A stretch of 64,000 nt of DNA, from the NCBI GenBank assembly GCA_963751455.1, contig CAVVUN010000002.1, positions 544,001 through 608,000 of the forward strand, in the 5' to 3' direction. Below are positions 29,497-41,288 of the stretch, one piece after another (position 1 is the first letter of the stretch; every line of letters begins with the position of its first letter). A program made the position numbers and the translations under genes. Origin of the DNA: Nitrospirota bacterium (GTDB lineage Bacteria > Nitrospirota > UBA9217). The notes beneath the pieces are model-generated. The model saw nothing but the letters and a program-made list of their open reading frames with translations, was not told where the DNA came from and searched no databases.

Positions 29497-30648
29497 ATGA
29501 AAACAAGTATGCATACACGTCATGTTAAAGCAGGTCTTATCGTATGGGTCTGGTTGTTCATCATAACCGGTCTGTCAAACGTCGCCTATGCCGCGCCGAA
29601 GCTGAAATTATCACCGAATAACATCGCGAACGGAGCGTTGAATGCTCCCTATTTAGAGACCCTGACCGGAGCAAACGGATCGACACCGTACTTCTGGTCC
29701 ATATCAGCGGGCAGCCTTCCTCCCGGGCTTATGCTCACTCCGGCAGCGTCTCCGTCATTAACGGCAACAATATCAGGCACGCCGACCCAGACGGGAACGT
29801 TTAATTTTACCGTGCTGCTTACGGACAGCACTCCGGACAGCGACAGCGTAGCTTATACGGTGACCATCACATCGGCAGATTGCTATTTTAACGGATCGAG
29901 CACAGGCAGCATTTCATTCAATAATATCGATCCGTCCACGCCGGGCTCAATAAGCGGGACAGTTACACAGCAGATCAATTTTATCTGTAAAAATAACTTC
30001 CCCTATACTGTCACAGCGAATCCGGCGAGCGGCTGGACGCTGGTTTCCGGGGTAAATGCCATTCCCTACACAATGGGTTTTATAGCGAGCGGCACCGGCA
30101 CGGGCGGAGCCACGGCCCTGCTTACGACCACCACTCAAATTATCCAGGCCGATTATGAGAGCGCGCGGGCAGGCCTCTACTCAAACGCGCAACCAATAAC
30201 GTTTACCATCAGTTGGACAGGCGGGGGCGGTGGTTCTATCATTGCATCTTTGCCGGCGGGCAGTGTGAGCGGCAGTCTGATCAACACATGTACTTCACCG
30301 GTGAACGGGACGATTACGTTCAATATCGATCCGTCGTCAGCAGGGCCTATCACGGCTGCAACAACGGATGCGGGAAATACGGCGCCAACTGTAAAGTGTA
30401 CAAACAGCTACTCTCCGGGCGTATCCTGCACGTCCGGCAACGGTTATACGCTGACGATCGGGAACGACGGCGTGACCGATCCCATCGCCTATACGATAAC
30501 CGGCTGTCCTGCCGGCATTACCGGCCAGGGCTTCGCGATAGGCACGACGACGCCGATCAATTTCGGCCTCTCGCTCGCGCAGGCATATTATCAGAATGCA
30601 AAGGTCGGAGCGCATACTGACACGATTACCGTGACCGTTACATATTGA
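29497..30648 (+). CDS. Putative tip adhesin: He_PIG-like Ig domain plus two pilin-like domains
   Basis: PYFWSISAGSLPPGL..ISGTPTQTGTFNFTV; C-terminal GAHTDTITVTVTY. Confidence 0.75.
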   Translation: MKTSMHTRHVKAGLIVWVWLFIITGLSNVAYAAPKLKLSPNNIANGALNAPYLETLTGANGSTPYFWSISAGSLPPGLMLTPAASPSLTATISGTPTQTGTFNFTVLLTDSTPDSDSVAYTVTITSADCYFNGSSTGSISFNNIDPSTPGSISGTVTQQINFICKNNFPYTVTANPASGWTLVSGVNAIPYTMGFIASGTGTGGATALLTTTTQIIQADYESARAGLYSNAQPITFTISWTGGGGGSIIASLPAGSVSGSLINTCTSPVNGTITFNIDPSSAGPITAATTDAGNTAPTVKCTNSYSPGVSCTSGNGYTLTIGNDGVTDPIAYTITGCPAGITGQGFAIGTTTPINFGLSLAQAYYQNAKVGAHTDTITVTVTY

Positions 30649-30706
30649 TTCAGCATCAATCCGAACGATTTCGCTTTGCCTAATTCCGTTAGAGGGGGGG
30701 GATTTC

Positions 30707-31510
30707 ATGACCGGAACTTCCTATCAGAAGAGGAAATTTAGCAGCTTGACAGAAGCCCTGCCGCGAATTTTCGCACTTACGGCATTACTTTGGTTTAGCC
30801 AGGCGCACGCTGCGGACTTTCAAGTGCAGCCAACGACACTGGAACTGGGAGGGAGCGTCAAGAGCGGCGCCTTTTCCGTGATCAACAACGGGAAAGACAG
30901 CATTAATTTTCAGATCGCGGTCAAGGCCTGGACCCAGGATGCGAACGGGAAAGACGTATACGAGGATACAAAAGACATCGTGTTCTTCCCGAAGATTATG
31001 ACCGTTGCGGGCAATGAACAAAGGGCTATAAGAATCGGCGTAAAGACGCCTCCCTCACAAAAGGAGAAGACCTACCGGTTGTTCGTGGAGGAAATACCGG
31101 CGCCAAAAAAACAAGCGACTTTGGCGGAGGGGAAGATCAACGCGGGAATCACCATAGCGTTCAGGTTTGCCACTCCCATATTCATTAGACCCTTAAAGGA
31201 AGACAAGGGGGTTGTTGTAGACAAAATTGACATGTCCAAAGGCGTGGTCACGGCCAGGGTCAAGAATACAGGCACTGTACATGTAAAACTGCAAAATGTG
31301 ACCTTTACCGGAAAAGCGGCTGACGGCAAGGAGTTGTTCTCGAAGGAGGTCGCGGGTTGGTATATTCTCAACGGTATGGCTGTCCCGTATGAAACACCGG
31401 TTCCCAAGGAAGTATGTGAAAGCCTGACGACAATCGAGGTCCGGGCCAAAGCGGAAAAACTTAACATTACCGGGAACATGAATGTTCAAAAGAAGATGTG
31501 CGCTCAATAA
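30707..31510 (+). CDS. Periplasmic pilus chaperone (PapD/CsuC-like)
   Basis: FQVQPT, FFPKIM, EKTYRLFVEEIP, PIFIRP, NTGTVH. Confidence 0.9.
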   Translation: MTGTSYQKRKFSSLTEALPRIFALTALLWFSQAHAADFQVQPTTLELGGSVKSGAFSVINNGKDSINFQIAVKAWTQDANGKDVYEDTKDIVFFPKIMTVAGNEQRAIRIGVKTPPSQKEKTYRLFVEEIPAPKKQATLAEGKINAGITIAFRFATPIFIRPLKEDKGVVVDKIDMSKGVVTARVKNTGTVHVKLQNVTFTGKAADGKELFSKEVAGWYILNGMAVPYETPVPKEVCESLTTIEVRAKAEKLNITGNMNVQKKMCAQ

Positions 31511-34091
31511 GGGGAGTGCGCCTATTTCGGCCAATACCCAAGGAGGGTCGTTTCGAGAAAAGATATTTTATTTTATTGGTCCCCTTATTCTGATGTGTCA
31601 ATTATTCTCTGTTTCCCACCCCCTGGCCGGGGAACGCGTCCCTACCGCGTCCGATAAACCCGACGCAGGGTCGTTCGAAACGCGCGTTGCTTCAGACTCT
31701 CTGCCCTTATACCCACGGAAGACTGATCAAATCATTGTGAATATTACCGTCAACCTCGAATCCAGAGGCGATTTCTTTGTGGAATTCGACGACGAGCCGA
31801 ATCTTCTCCTCAGAACAGAGGACCTCGACACGCTCATGCTTAAATATGATGAGCTTCGCGCGGTCCTTATTAACGAGGAGCGGCACATCCCGCTCAGCGC
31901 GGTTCAGGATGTCAAATCCTCCTTCGATCAGCAAAAACTCATCCTAGGCTTCATCGGGAAAACCACGCAATCCGAGAAGACCTTTGCCGAGATATTTCCG
32001 CTTCACACGAGCCCGAAAAACGTCTACCTGCCCCGGGAGACGAGCGCTTTTCTCAATTATGGAATCACGTATGCCCGTGATAATCAGGTAGGGTTCCAGT
32101 CATTATCGGCCACCAATAAGCTCGGGGCGCGCGCGGGCGATGTCTTTTTCGTGTCCGACTCCCTGTACAGTAAAACAGAGAGGCAGGAGGAGTTCGTTCG
32201 GCTCCAAAGCAGCATAACCTACGAACGCCGGAACGATATGAAATGGATCGTGCTCGGTGACCAGTACGCTAGTTCCGGGGAACTGGGAAGCGCCGTTAAC
32301 CTGGGGGGGGTAGGGTTTTCGAAAGTCTATAAGCTTGACCCCTATTTCATCACCCAGCAGGTATACAATCTTCAGGGCGCCGCGATCTACCCCTCTGAGG
32401 CTGAAATCTACCTGGACGGGGTTCTTGTCGGGAAGCAGAAGATAGTTCCGGGAACATTCGACTTTAGAAACATCTTCTCTTACAATGGCGCACATAGAAT
32501 AGAAGTTGCTCTAAAAGACCCCTTCGGCAACGAGCAGCGCTATTCCTATCCCGCTTACTTCAATACCCTTATGCTGCGAGAGGGGCTGCATGAATATAGT
32601 TACAACGCGGGGTTCCTCAGGCAGCGGTACGGCGTGGAGAGCGACGAGTACGGCAAACCGGTATTTTCGGCGTTCCACCGGTACGGGCTGACGAATTCCG
32701 TGAATGTCGGGGCGAGGGCGGAAGCCTCGGACGGGATCTATAACGGCGGAGTGTCCGTATCGCTGGTTTCTCCCCTGGCCGGCACCGTGGGTCTTTCTCT
32801 TGCAGCCAGCAAAAAGGACGGCAGCGAGGGCTCCGCCGGCTCAATCCAGCACTCTTTCCAAGTCGGAAGTTTCAACACAAACCTGAGCGCGCGCGCTTTT
32901 TCGAGCGACTATGCGATTGTCAGCGCGCCCGAGATCTCCGGGGCCGACCAGGCCAGGTATGAAGCGAGTATCGGAGCGGGATTTCTTGTAATGCCGGTGG
33001 GAAGCTTGTCCATGAACCATTCTGAAACGGCAACCTACGGAGGGATTAAAACGAAGGTCACGTCCATGAATTATTCCAGGGGGCTTTCAAGAACGACAAG
33101 CCTGTTTCTGAACGCATCGGAAACGCGGCAGTCAAGCGCAATATACAGCGTATTTGTGGGCCTTAACTTCAATTTTGAAAATAATCTCCGCGGCGCGGCG
33201 CAGTATAATATCACTCGAGGGGCGAACACGGAAACCGTACAAATTCAGAGTGACGTGCCGGTCGGAGAAGGCATGGGATACCGGGCGGCAATAAGCAGGA
33301 ACGAAACCGGCAGTACATCTGCAACTTCTTTCACTCCGTTCTTGCAGTACAACGCGCAATTCGGCATCTACTCAGTTGGTTCCAACATACAGAACGCTGC
33401 AGGCCGAACCACTCAAACGTACAATGTTTCAGCGGCAGGATCCATAGTGAATGCGGGCGGGTTCTTCGGTTTGTCCAGACCGGTCAGCGACAGCTTCAGC
33501 ATTGTCATGATGGACGACGTGCCCGGCGCCAGTGTGCTGAACAACGGCCAGGAAATTGGAACGACAGGCATAACCGGCAGGATGGTGGTTCCGACGCTGA
33601 CCTCTTATGGCAGAAATCAGATCACCGTCGATGTCAAGAAAATCCCTATAGATTACAGCATTTCAGGCGTCAATCAGGCATTGTCCCCCCCGATTTGGAG
33701 CGGCTCGTGTATAGCGTTCGACGCGATCAAGATGCGGGCTGTAACCGGAACCTTGTCTACACGCTTTGAAGAAAAAAGAACGCCGCTTGAATACGTCGAG
33801 GTCTCTATGCAGGTCGGCGCAAAGATCGTGACGTTTCCAACCGGCAAAGATGGAGAGTTTTATCTGGAAAACAGGCTTCCCGCCGAAGAACGGTCAGACG
33901 GTGACAGGCAAAGCTGCCGCGCGATCATTGAACGGAAAAAAACCGGGGCAGACTACATTCGTCCGGGCAGTTATCCGGCCTGGGTAGAAATAGACGGAGC
34001 GAGATGCAATTTTTCTATTATATTCCCGGAGACGGACGATGTAATTAACGACGTCGGCGAATTGAAGTGTGTCATGGCAGGGGGAAAATGA
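31482..34091 (+). CDS. Fimbrial usher outer-membrane protein (start codon uncertain)
   Basis: AFLNY, LGGVGF, DPFGNE, LREGLHEYSY, RYGLTN, SRPVSDSF. Confidence 0.92.
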   Translation: MFKRRCALNKGSAPISANTQGGSFREKIFYFIGPLILMCQLFSVSHPLAGERVPTASDKPDAGSFETRVASDSLPLYPRKTDQIIVNITVNLESRGDFFVEFDDEPNLLLRTEDLDTLMLKYDELRAVLINEERHIPLSAVQDVKSSFDQQKLILGFIGKTTQSEKTFAEIFPLHTSPKNVYLPRETSAFLNYGITYARDNQVGFQSLSATNKLGARAGDVFFVSDSLYSKTERQEEFVRLQSSITYERRNDMKWIVLGDQYASSGELGSAVNLGGVGFSKVYKLDPYFITQQVYNLQGAAIYPSEAEIYLDGVLVGKQKIVPGTFDFRNIFSYNGAHRIEVALKDPFGNEQRYSYPAYFNTLMLREGLHEYSYNAGFLRQRYGVESDEYGKPVFSAFHRYGLTNSVNVGARAEASDGIYNGGVSVSLVSPLAGTVGLSLAASKKDGSEGSAGSIQHSFQVGSFNTNLSARAFSSDYAIVSAPEISGADQARYEASIGAGFLVMPVGSLSMNHSETATYGGIKTKVTSMNYSRGLSRTTSLFLNASETRQSSAIYSVFVGLNFNFENNLRGAAQYNITRGANTETVQIQSDVPVGEGMGYRAAISRNETGSTSATSFTPFLQYNAQFGIYSVGSNIQNAAGRTTQTYNVSAAGSIVNAGGFFGLSRPVSDSFSIVMMDDVPGASVLNNGQEIGTTGITGRMVVPTLTSYGRNQITVDVKKIPIDYSISGVNQALSPPIWSGSCIAFDAIKMRAVTGTLSTRFEEKRTPLEYVEVSMQVGAKIVTFPTGKDGEFYLENRLPAEERSDGDRQSCRAIIERKKTGADYIRPGSYPAWVEIDGARCNFSIIFPETDDVINDVGELKCVMAGGK

Positions 34092-34195
34092 CGGTTTCGT
34101 AGGAACTTAGATTGGAGCCCTCGAAACACGATACTATTATCGCCTCTCAGGAATCAGACTGCCCAGGAGAGATGTCCAACTTTCCATCTTTGCAA

Positions 34196-34225
34196 TTGAC
34201 ACCCGTTTCTTCTATCTGGTATAGT
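34196..34225 (+). promoter_or_regulatory. Sigma70 promoter of the trp operon
   Basis: TTGACA-N18-TATAGT with TGn extended -10. Confidence 0.65.
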
Positions 34226-34255
34226 ACATAAGTCTTTTATTTTGCAAGGAGTTTT

Positions 34256-35740
34256 ATGTTCCAGCCTTCCCTGGACGAGTTCAAACAAAAGGCTAAAAAG
34301 GGCAACCTTATCCCGGTTCACCGGGAAATTCTGGCGGACATGGAAACGCCGGTTTCTGCTTTTTTGAAAATCGATGACCACGCGCATTCGTTTCTGCTCG
34401 AAAGCATGGAGGGCGGCGAGAAGTGGGCGCGTTATTCGTTCCTCGGCAGCCGTCCTTCGGTTATTGTCAGAAGCTCCGGGAAGGCCGCCGAAATCATCAG
34501 AAACGGCAAGACCAGGAAGGTTTCCTTTGAGAAGGACCCGCTCGAAGTCATCAAAAGCGTTCTGTCCGAATACAGACCGGTTCCCGATCCGGCGCTCCCG
34601 CGTTTTTTCGGAGGCGCTGTGGGATTCATGGGCTATGATACAGTCCGTTTTTTTGAGGAACTTCCCAGCCGTCCGAGAAAAGGTCTTGACCTGCCCGATG
34701 TATTCTTCATGATAACCGATACGCTTATCATCTTCGACAATGTTACCCATCGGCTCAAGGTCGTATCAAACGCGCACATAAACGGCTCTTCACCCGCGGC
34801 AGCCTATAAAGAGGCGGTGAGGAAGATCGACGCTCTGGTGAAGAAGCTCAAGAAAGCCGTGAGACGGCAGGCAGCAGGCGGCACGCGCAGAAAAGGGAAA
34901 AAACACGAGCTGACTTCCAACTTCACAAAATCGCAATACGAGCAGGCTGTGCTCAAGGCCAAGGAGTATATCAAGGCCGGGGACATTTTCCAGGTCGTGC
35001 CGTCCCAGCGCTTCGAGACGAAAATCAATATTGAACCGTACGAGATATACCGGGCGCTCCGGCTCATTAATCCTTCTCCGTACATGTACTTTCTGCGCTG
35101 CGGAGAAGCCACGGTCGTCGGTGCTTCCCCCGAGGTGATGGTAAGGCTCGAAGACGGTAAGATCGATCTGCGGCCGATCGCGGGAACGCGCAGGCGGGGC
35201 GCCGGCGAGGAAGAGGACGAGGAACTGGCGCGGGAGCTCCTGGCCGATCCGAAGGAGCGGGCGGAGCATATCATGCTGGTGGACCTCGGGAGGAACGACG
35301 TAGGCAGGGTCAGCGAACCCGGCAGCGTGAATGTGAGCGAGTTGATGGTGATCGAGCGGTACTCTCATGTGATGCATATCGTATCCAACGTCCGGGGCAG
35401 ACTGTCCCTGAACAAGGATTCCTACGATGTGATCCGCGCCTGCTTTCCGGCCGGGACCGTTTCCGGCGCGCCGAAGATACGGGCCATGCAGATCATCGAT
35501 GAACTGGAGCCGACCAGCCGGGGTCCGTATGCGGGCGCTGTCGGGTATTTCGGCTTTTCCGGAAATATGGACACGTGCATAACCATCCGCACACTCGTGA
35601 TCAAGGACGGCGTCGCTTATATCCAGGCAGGCGGCGGCGTGGTCGCGGACAGCAATCCCGGCGAGGAATACCAGGAGACAGTAAACAAGGCCAAGGCCAT
35701 GATGCGCGCCGTGGAAATGGCGGAAAAAGGTTTGGACTGA
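34256..35740 (+). CDS. trpE: Anthranilate synthase component I
   Basis: [49 protein letters not shown]. Confidence 0.97.
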   Translation: MFQPSLDEFKQKAKKGNLIPVHREILADMETPVSAFLKIDDHAHSFLLESMEGGEKWARYSFLGSRPSVIVRSSGKAAEIIRNGKTRKVSFEKDPLEVIKSVLSEYRPVPDPALPRFFGGAVGFMGYDTVRFFEELPSRPRKGLDLPDVFFMITDTLIIFDNVTHRLKVVSNAHINGSSPAAAYKEAVRKIDALVKKLKKAVRRQAAGGTRRKGKKHELTSNFTKSQYEQAVLKAKEYIKAGDIFQVVPSQRFETKINIEPYEIYRALRLINPSPYMYFLRCGEATVVGASPEVMVRLEDGKIDLRPIAGTRRRGAGEEEDEELARELLADPKERAEHIMLVDLGRNDVGRVSEPGSVNVSELMVIERYSHVMHIVSNVRGRLSLNKDSYDVIRACFPAGTVSGAPKIRAMQIIDELEPTSRGPYAGAVGYFGFSGNMDTCITIRTLVIKDGVAYIQAGGGVVADSNPGEEYQETVNKAKAMMRAVEMAEKGLD

Positions 35741-35770
35741 GAACCGCAGAAAAAGCAGCAAAAAACTTTT

Positions 35771-35923
35771 TCTCGCAAAGCCGCAAAGTCGCAAAGAAAA
35801 GCAATGCGAATAATTAGCAAAAAAAAGACATTTGCCAGGATTAACCAAACGCGAGAAAGAAAAAGAATTAGTTTAATTTGAACAAGTTCTGAGATTTCTT
35901 TGCGGTCTTTGCGTTTTGCGAGA
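35771..35923. repeat. Periodic inverted-repeat element
   Basis: (cgcaaag)x3 versus (tttgcg)x3 arms. Confidence 0.7.
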
Positions 35924-35942
35924 GATCGCTTTAGAGGTTTTC

Positions 35943-36506
<564 letters not shown>

Positions 36507-36511
36507 GAACC

Positions 36512-36604
36512 ATCGGACACGGATCAAATCCGATAACTACGGATTAATTGGAAAAGAAGTTCCTTTTTGAAATCCGATTTTTCCGTGAAAATCCGTGTCC
36601 CGAT
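36512..36604. repeat. Periodic inverted-repeat element
   Basis: ggacacggat / atccgtgtcc arms with ~10-nt sub-repeats. Confidence 0.65.
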
Positions 36605-36624
36605 ATTCTGAATCCGGAGGTTCT

Positions 36625-37638
36625 ATGATCAAAGAAGCCATTTCAAAAGTCATTTCCAGGACAAACCTGACGGAGGCCGAAGCCGAGGCAACCATGCGGG
36701 AAATAATGCAGGGTGAAGCTACGGACGCCCAGATATCCTCATACATTACCGCCCTCCGCATGAAGGGTGAAACTGTGGAGGAGATCACGGGATCGGCCAG
36801 GGTCATGCGCGAAAAAGCGGTGCCGATCAAGCTCGATGCCCGATATCAGGTTGATACGTGCGGGACGGGCGGAGACATGGCGCATACGTTCAATATATCA
36901 ACAACATCCGCTTTTGTCGTATCGGGAGCGGGTGTGACGGTGGCCAAGCACGGCAACCGTTCGGTTTCGAGCAAGAGCGGCAGCGCCGATGTGCTCCAGG
37001 CCCTTGGTGTAAATATCGAGATTCCCTGCAACCGGGCCGAAGAATGCATCAGGGAAGCGGGAATCGGCTTCCTCTTTGCTCCCCTTATGCATCAAGCCAT
37101 GAAATACGCGATTGGCCCGCGCCGGGAGATCGGCATCAGGACCATCTTTAATGTGCTCGGTCCGCTTACAAATCCAGCAAAAGTCACGTCCCAGATCATG
37201 GGCGTTTACTCCGCTGAACTGACCAGCCTGCTCGCCCGGGCGCTCGGCAATCTTGGAGCGTCCCATGCCTTCGTTGTGCACGGCATGGATGGGCTCGATG
37301 AAATTACGACAACGGACAGGACGAAGGTGTCCGAGTTCAAACAGGGAACGGTGAAAGACTATTTCATTCATCCGTCCGATTTCGGTCTGCCCGCTTCGCG
37401 CCCGTCCGACCTGAAAGGCGGCGACGCGAAGGACAACGCAGCCATCACCGAGGAAATCCTGAAAGGCGGGAAAGGGCCGCGTCGCGACATTGTCCTCCTG
37501 AACGCAGCCGCGGCGCTGGTGGCGGCCGGCAGGGCAGGCGATTTCAAGCAGGGCCTTCAGCTTGCGGCGGATTCGATCGATTCCGGCGCGGCGCTCGGGA
37601 AACTGGAACAGTTGAAGGCGTTTACGAATAAACCATAA
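36625..37638 (+). CDS. trpD: Anthranilate phosphoribosyltransferase
   Basis: DTCGTGGD, NIST, KHGNRSVSSKSGSAD, GLDE. Confidence 0.97.
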   Translation: MIKEAISKVISRTNLTEAEAEATMREIMQGEATDAQISSYITALRMKGETVEEITGSARVMREKAVPIKLDARYQVDTCGTGGDMAHTFNISTTSAFVVSGAGVTVAKHGNRSVSSKSGSADVLQALGVNIEIPCNRAEECIREAGIGFLFAPLMHQAMKYAIGPRREIGIRTIFNVLGPLTNPAKVTSQIMGVYSAELTSLLARALGNLGASHAFVVHGMDGLDEITTTDRTKVSEFKQGTVKDYFIHPSDFGLPASRPSDLKGGDAKDNAAITEEILKGGKGPRRDIVLLNAAAALVAAGRAGDFKQGLQLAADSIDSGAALGKLEQLKAFTNKP

Positions 37639-37641
37639 GAA

Positions 37642-37782
37642 AGTGTCATAGTGTCAGAGAAGTCATAGTGCCGACCTTTTAGAATCTCTGACCCTTTGTC
37701 AAAGCGGAGGCAGTGTCGTAGTGTACAGAAATGCATGCGTCAGGCAATCTCTGACCCTTTGCCACTCTGACTCTTTGACACT
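37642..37782. repeat. 8-nt periodic inverted-repeat element
   Basis: agtgtcat/agtgtcag array versus ctctgac/ctttgac arrays. Confidence 0.6.
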
Positions 37783-37789
37783 TTTACTT

Positions 37790-38575
37790 TTGATTTTAGA
37801 CGACATCATTGCGAATAAAAAAATAGAATTATCCGAAACGAAACGGCGCTCTCCCCTGGCCGAGCTCAGGGCAAAGGCAGCGGACAGTCTTCCGGTTCGG
37901 GGCTTCGGCAAGGTCCTGTCTCAGGGCAACGAGATCAAGCTGATTGCGGAAGTAAAAAAAGCGTCCCCTTCAAAAGGAGTGATCCGGGAGGATTTCGATC
38001 CTGTTGAAATTGCCAGGACTTACGCGAAAGCCGGGGCGAGCGGCATCTCCGTGCTGACGGAGAGCAGGTTCTTCCAGGGGAGTCTCGATTACCTCGATCA
38101 AATCCGGAAGGCGGTTGAGCTGCCGCTTTTGCGCAAAGACTTTATCGTCGACGAATACCAGATTTTCGAGGCCCGCGCCGCGGGTGCAGATGCAATCCTT
38201 CTGATTGCCGCCTGCCTCGAGCGCAGGCAGATCGAGGATTTTCTCGGGACTGCAGCAGGGCTTGGTCTTGATGTTCTGGTCGAGTCGCATAACTATAAAG
38301 AGCTGGACCGGGCGCTCATGGCAGGCGCTTCGCTGGTCGGAATAAATAACCGCGATCTGGGCAGTTTTATTATCAGCCTTCAGTCCACGTTCGATCTGTT
38401 AAAAGACATTCCCGATGACCGCATCGTGGTAAGCGAGAGCGGCATCACGACGCGGGATGATGTTCTGAAGCTCCAGAAGGCAGGGGTAGACGCAGTGCTG
38501 GTGGGCGAGAGCCTGATGCGGGAGAAGGACGTAGGAAAAAAAGTGAAAGAACTTTTAGGAACTGTGAACCGTTGA
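37790..38575 (+). CDS. trpC: Indole-3-glycerol phosphate synthase
   Basis: IAEVKKASPSKG, LRKDF, GINNRDL, SESGI; TTG start inferred. Confidence 0.96.
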   Translation: MILDDIIANKKIELSETKRRSPLAELRAKAADSLPVRGFGKVLSQGNEIKLIAEVKKASPSKGVIREDFDPVEIARTYAKAGASGISVLTESRFFQGSLDYLDQIRKAVELPLLRKDFIVDEYQIFEARAAGADAILLIAACLERRQIEDFLGTAAGLGLDVLVESHNYKELDRALMAGASLVGINNRDLGSFIISLQSTFDLLKDIPDDRIVVSESGITTRDDVLKLQKAGVDAVLVGESLMREKDVGKKVKELLGTVNR

Positions 38576-38633
38576 CTATTCAACCTTCATCAATGACAAA
38601 TTTCGACCGGGAATTTCATGCTTGGGTGAATAC

Positions 38634-39254
38634 ATGACCAAAATCAAGATTTGCGGCATAACCAACCTTGACGATGCGTTGTCCGCAGCGGACCTCGGAG
38701 CAGACGCGCTCGGCTTCAATTTTTACCGAAAAAGTCCCCGCTTTGTCGACCCGCAAAAAGCAGCGGAGATCATCGCACAGCTCCCGCCTTTTGTCGTGCC
38801 GGTCGGCATCTTCGTCAATGAGCGTGAAGAAAAAGTCCGGAACGTGATGTTTACCACCGGGATCAAGATCCTTCAGTTTCACGGAGATGAACGCCCGGAA
38901 TTCTGTGAACGTTTCGCAACCCGGGTAATCAAGGCATTCCAGGTGAATGACAAGGAAAGTCTGAAACATGTGGCTCACTACCATGTAAGCGCCCTGCTTC
39001 TTGACAGCTATCGTGAAGGCGTCCGGGGAGGCACCGGCGTTACGTTCGACTGGCACCTTGCGGTTGTCGCTAAAACATTCGGCAGGGTTATCCTTGCCGG
39101 CGGACTTACTCCGAAGAATGTCGCCGAGGCGGTGAAGCTTGTCCAGCCCTATGGGGTGGATGTCGCAGGCGGTGTGGAAAAAGAAAAGGGAATCAAGGAC
39201 CACGCGAAAATGAAGAAATTCATTGCCGAAGTCAGGAAGGCGGCACGAGCATGA
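38634..39254 (+). CDS. trpF: Phosphoribosylanthranilate isomerase
   Basis: [27 protein letters not shown]. Confidence 0.96.
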   Translation: MTKIKICGITNLDDALSAADLGADALGFNFYRKSPRFVDPQKAAEIIAQLPPFVVPVGIFVNEREEKVRNVMFTTGIKILQFHGDERPEFCERFATRVIKAFQVNDKESLKHVAHYHVSALLLDSYREGVRGGTGVTFDWHLAVVAKTFGRVILAGGLTPKNVAEAVKLVQPYGVDVAGGVEKEKGIKDHAKMKKFIAEVRKAARA

Positions 39255-40441
39255 CCTTCCCGGATAAGAAAGGACGTTTCGGTGTTTACGGCGGCAAGTT
39301 CGCGCCTGAAACTCTCATGCCGGCGCTGGCGGAACTCGAGGCAGCCTTCCTTGCATCAGGAAAGGACAAGGGATTTCAGTCCGAGCTTGAGTATTATTCC
39401 CGGGAATTCATCGGCCGGCCGACGCCTCTCTATTGTGCGAAGAGACTGACCGAGCATCTCGGCGGCGCCAGGATATATCTGAAGCGCGAAGACCTTTGCC
39501 ACACGGGCGCTCATAAAATAAACAATTCGCTTGCTCAAGTGCTGTTGGCCAAGCGAATGGGCAAGACGCGGGTTGTAGCGGAGACGGGCGCGGGTCAGCA
39601 TGGCGTAGCGACAGCAACTGCCGCTGCGATGTTCGGCATGGACTGTGAAATCTACATGGGCACCGATGATATCGCGCGCCAGTCGCTCAATGTTTTCCGA
39701 ATGAAACTTCTGGGCTCGAAAGTGCGGGCCGTGGATATAGGAAGCAGGACCCTGAAAGACGCAATCAATGAGGCCATGCGGGACTGGATTACGAATGTCG
39801 GAAACACACATTACGTACTGGGCACGGTCTTCGGTCCTCATCCCTTTCCCGCAATGGTCCGCCATTTTCAATCGGTGATCGGACGGGAAGCCAAAAAACA
39901 AATCCGCAAGCTCGAAGGCAGACTCCCTGACGCACTGATCGCATGCGTCGGCGGCGGTTCGAACGCTATGGGGCTTTTTTACGAATTTCTGGATGATCAA
40001 TCAGTCAAGATGTACGGTGTCGAAGCCGGCGGGCTCGGCATAGAGCCGGGAAAACATGCGGCCCGCTTCGCCGGCGGTTCCCTTGGCGTACTCCAGGGTT
40101 CCAAGACCTATGTCCTGCAGGACGAACACGGACAGATCGAGCTTACCCATTCTGTTTCGGCCGGCCTCGACTATGCCGCGGTTGGCCCGGAACACGCGCA
40201 TTACCACGATACCGGCCGGATCGAATACACCTACGCTGTTGACGAAGAAGCAATGGAAGCTTTTGACCTTCTGTCGCGCCTGGAAGGCATTATCCCGGCG
40301 CTCGAAAGCGCCCATGCCGTTGCCTATTGTCTGAAGCTTGCTCCTACGCTCGAGAAGGACAGGATTATCATTGTGAACGTTTCCGGCCGCGGCGACAAGG
40401 ACGTAATGCAGGTGGCGAAGATCAAGGGCGTGGAGCTGTAA
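39251..40441 (+). CDS. trpB: Tryptophan synthase beta chain
   Basis: [36 protein letters not shown]. Confidence 0.98.
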   Translation: MTFPDKKGRFGVYGGKFAPETLMPALAELEAAFLASGKDKGFQSELEYYSREFIGRPTPLYCAKRLTEHLGGARIYLKREDLCHTGAHKINNSLAQVLLAKRMGKTRVVAETGAGQHGVATATAAAMFGMDCEIYMGTDDIARQSLNVFRMKLLGSKVRAVDIGSRTLKDAINEAMRDWITNVGNTHYVLGTVFGPHPFPAMVRHFQSVIGREAKKQIRKLEGRLPDALIACVGGGSNAMGLFYEFLDDQSVKMYGVEAGGLGIEPGKHAARFAGGSLGVLQGSKTYVLQDEHGQIELTHSVSAGLDYAAVGPEHAHYHDTGRIEYTYAVDEEAMEAFDLLSRLEGIIPALESAHAVAYCLKLAPTLEKDRIIIVNVSGRGDKDVMQVAKIKGVEL

Positions 40442-40469
40442 AAACCACTGCAAGGTGCAAATTAAACCT

Positions 40470-41288
40470 ATGTCGAGAATTAAAAATACATTCAGTCGCC
40501 TGAAGAAAAAGAACGAAACCGCGCTCATACCCTATATCATGGCAGGGGACCCCGATCTCGCCACAACCAGGCGGCTTATTCTCGACATGGAAAAGGCGGG
40601 CTCCGATATAATCGAGCTTGGCGCGCCGTTTTCGGACCCTCTCGCGGACGGTCCGACCATACAGAAAGCGGCGATCCGGTCGCTCAAGAACGGCACAAGC
40701 ATCGGCGATGTGCTCAGCCTGGTGGCCGACATTCGCAGGGAAAGCAGGATTCCGCTTGTTATCATGACCTATTACAATCTGATCTTTAAATACGGCGAGG
40801 AGCGGTTTGTGAACGATGCCGTAGCGGCCGGCCTGGACGGCGTGATTTTGCCGGACCTCCCCCCGGAGGAGGCGGGCGGCCTTGTGACTCTTTCGAAGAA
40901 GGCCGGCCTTGATACGATATTCCTGATTGCTCCGACAAGCACGGATGAACGGATCAGGCTGGTGAGCAAGCTGTCGCAAGGCTTCGTCTATTACGTTTCC
41001 CTTACGGGAGTAACAGGAGCACGGTCAGGCGTTCAGGAGTCGGTCGCGCAATCGCTGCGGAAAATAAAGGCGGTCACGGACAAGCCGGTGGCCGTAGGGT
41101 TCGGTATCTCCACGCCTGACCAGGCCGCGCAAGTGGCGCATTGGGGAGCCGACGCCGTGATCGTCGGCAGCGCGCTCGTAAAGGTGATAGAAGAGAACAT
41201 CGGTTCTCCGGACCTGATCATGAAGGCATCCGGTTTTGTTCACTCTCTGAAAGAGGGGGTGCTTGCGGGGCATGAAGAACAAAAATAA
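40470..41288 (+). CDS. trpA: Tryptophan synthase alpha chain
   Basis: IELGAPFSDPLADGPTIQ, GVTG, VGFGI, IVGSA. Confidence 0.98.
   Translation: MSRIKNTFSRLKKKNETALIPYIMAGDPDLATTRRLILDMEKAGSDIIELGAPFSDPLADGPTIQKAAIRSLKNGTSIGDVLSLVADIRRESRIPLVIMTYYNLIFKYGEERFVNDAVAAGLDGVILPDLPPEEAGGLVTLSKKAGLDTIFLIAPTSTDERIRLVSKLSQGFVYYVSLTGVTGARSGVQESVAQSLRKIKAVTDKPVAVGFGISTPDQAAQVAHWGADAVIVGSALVKVIEENIGSPDLIMKASGFVHSLKEGVLAGHEEQK

Noticed and set aside
34172-34231. Trp attenuator leader peptide (MSNFPSLQLTPVSSIWYST)
   Set aside because: Only one Trp, overlaps the promoter itself, and no terminator before trpE
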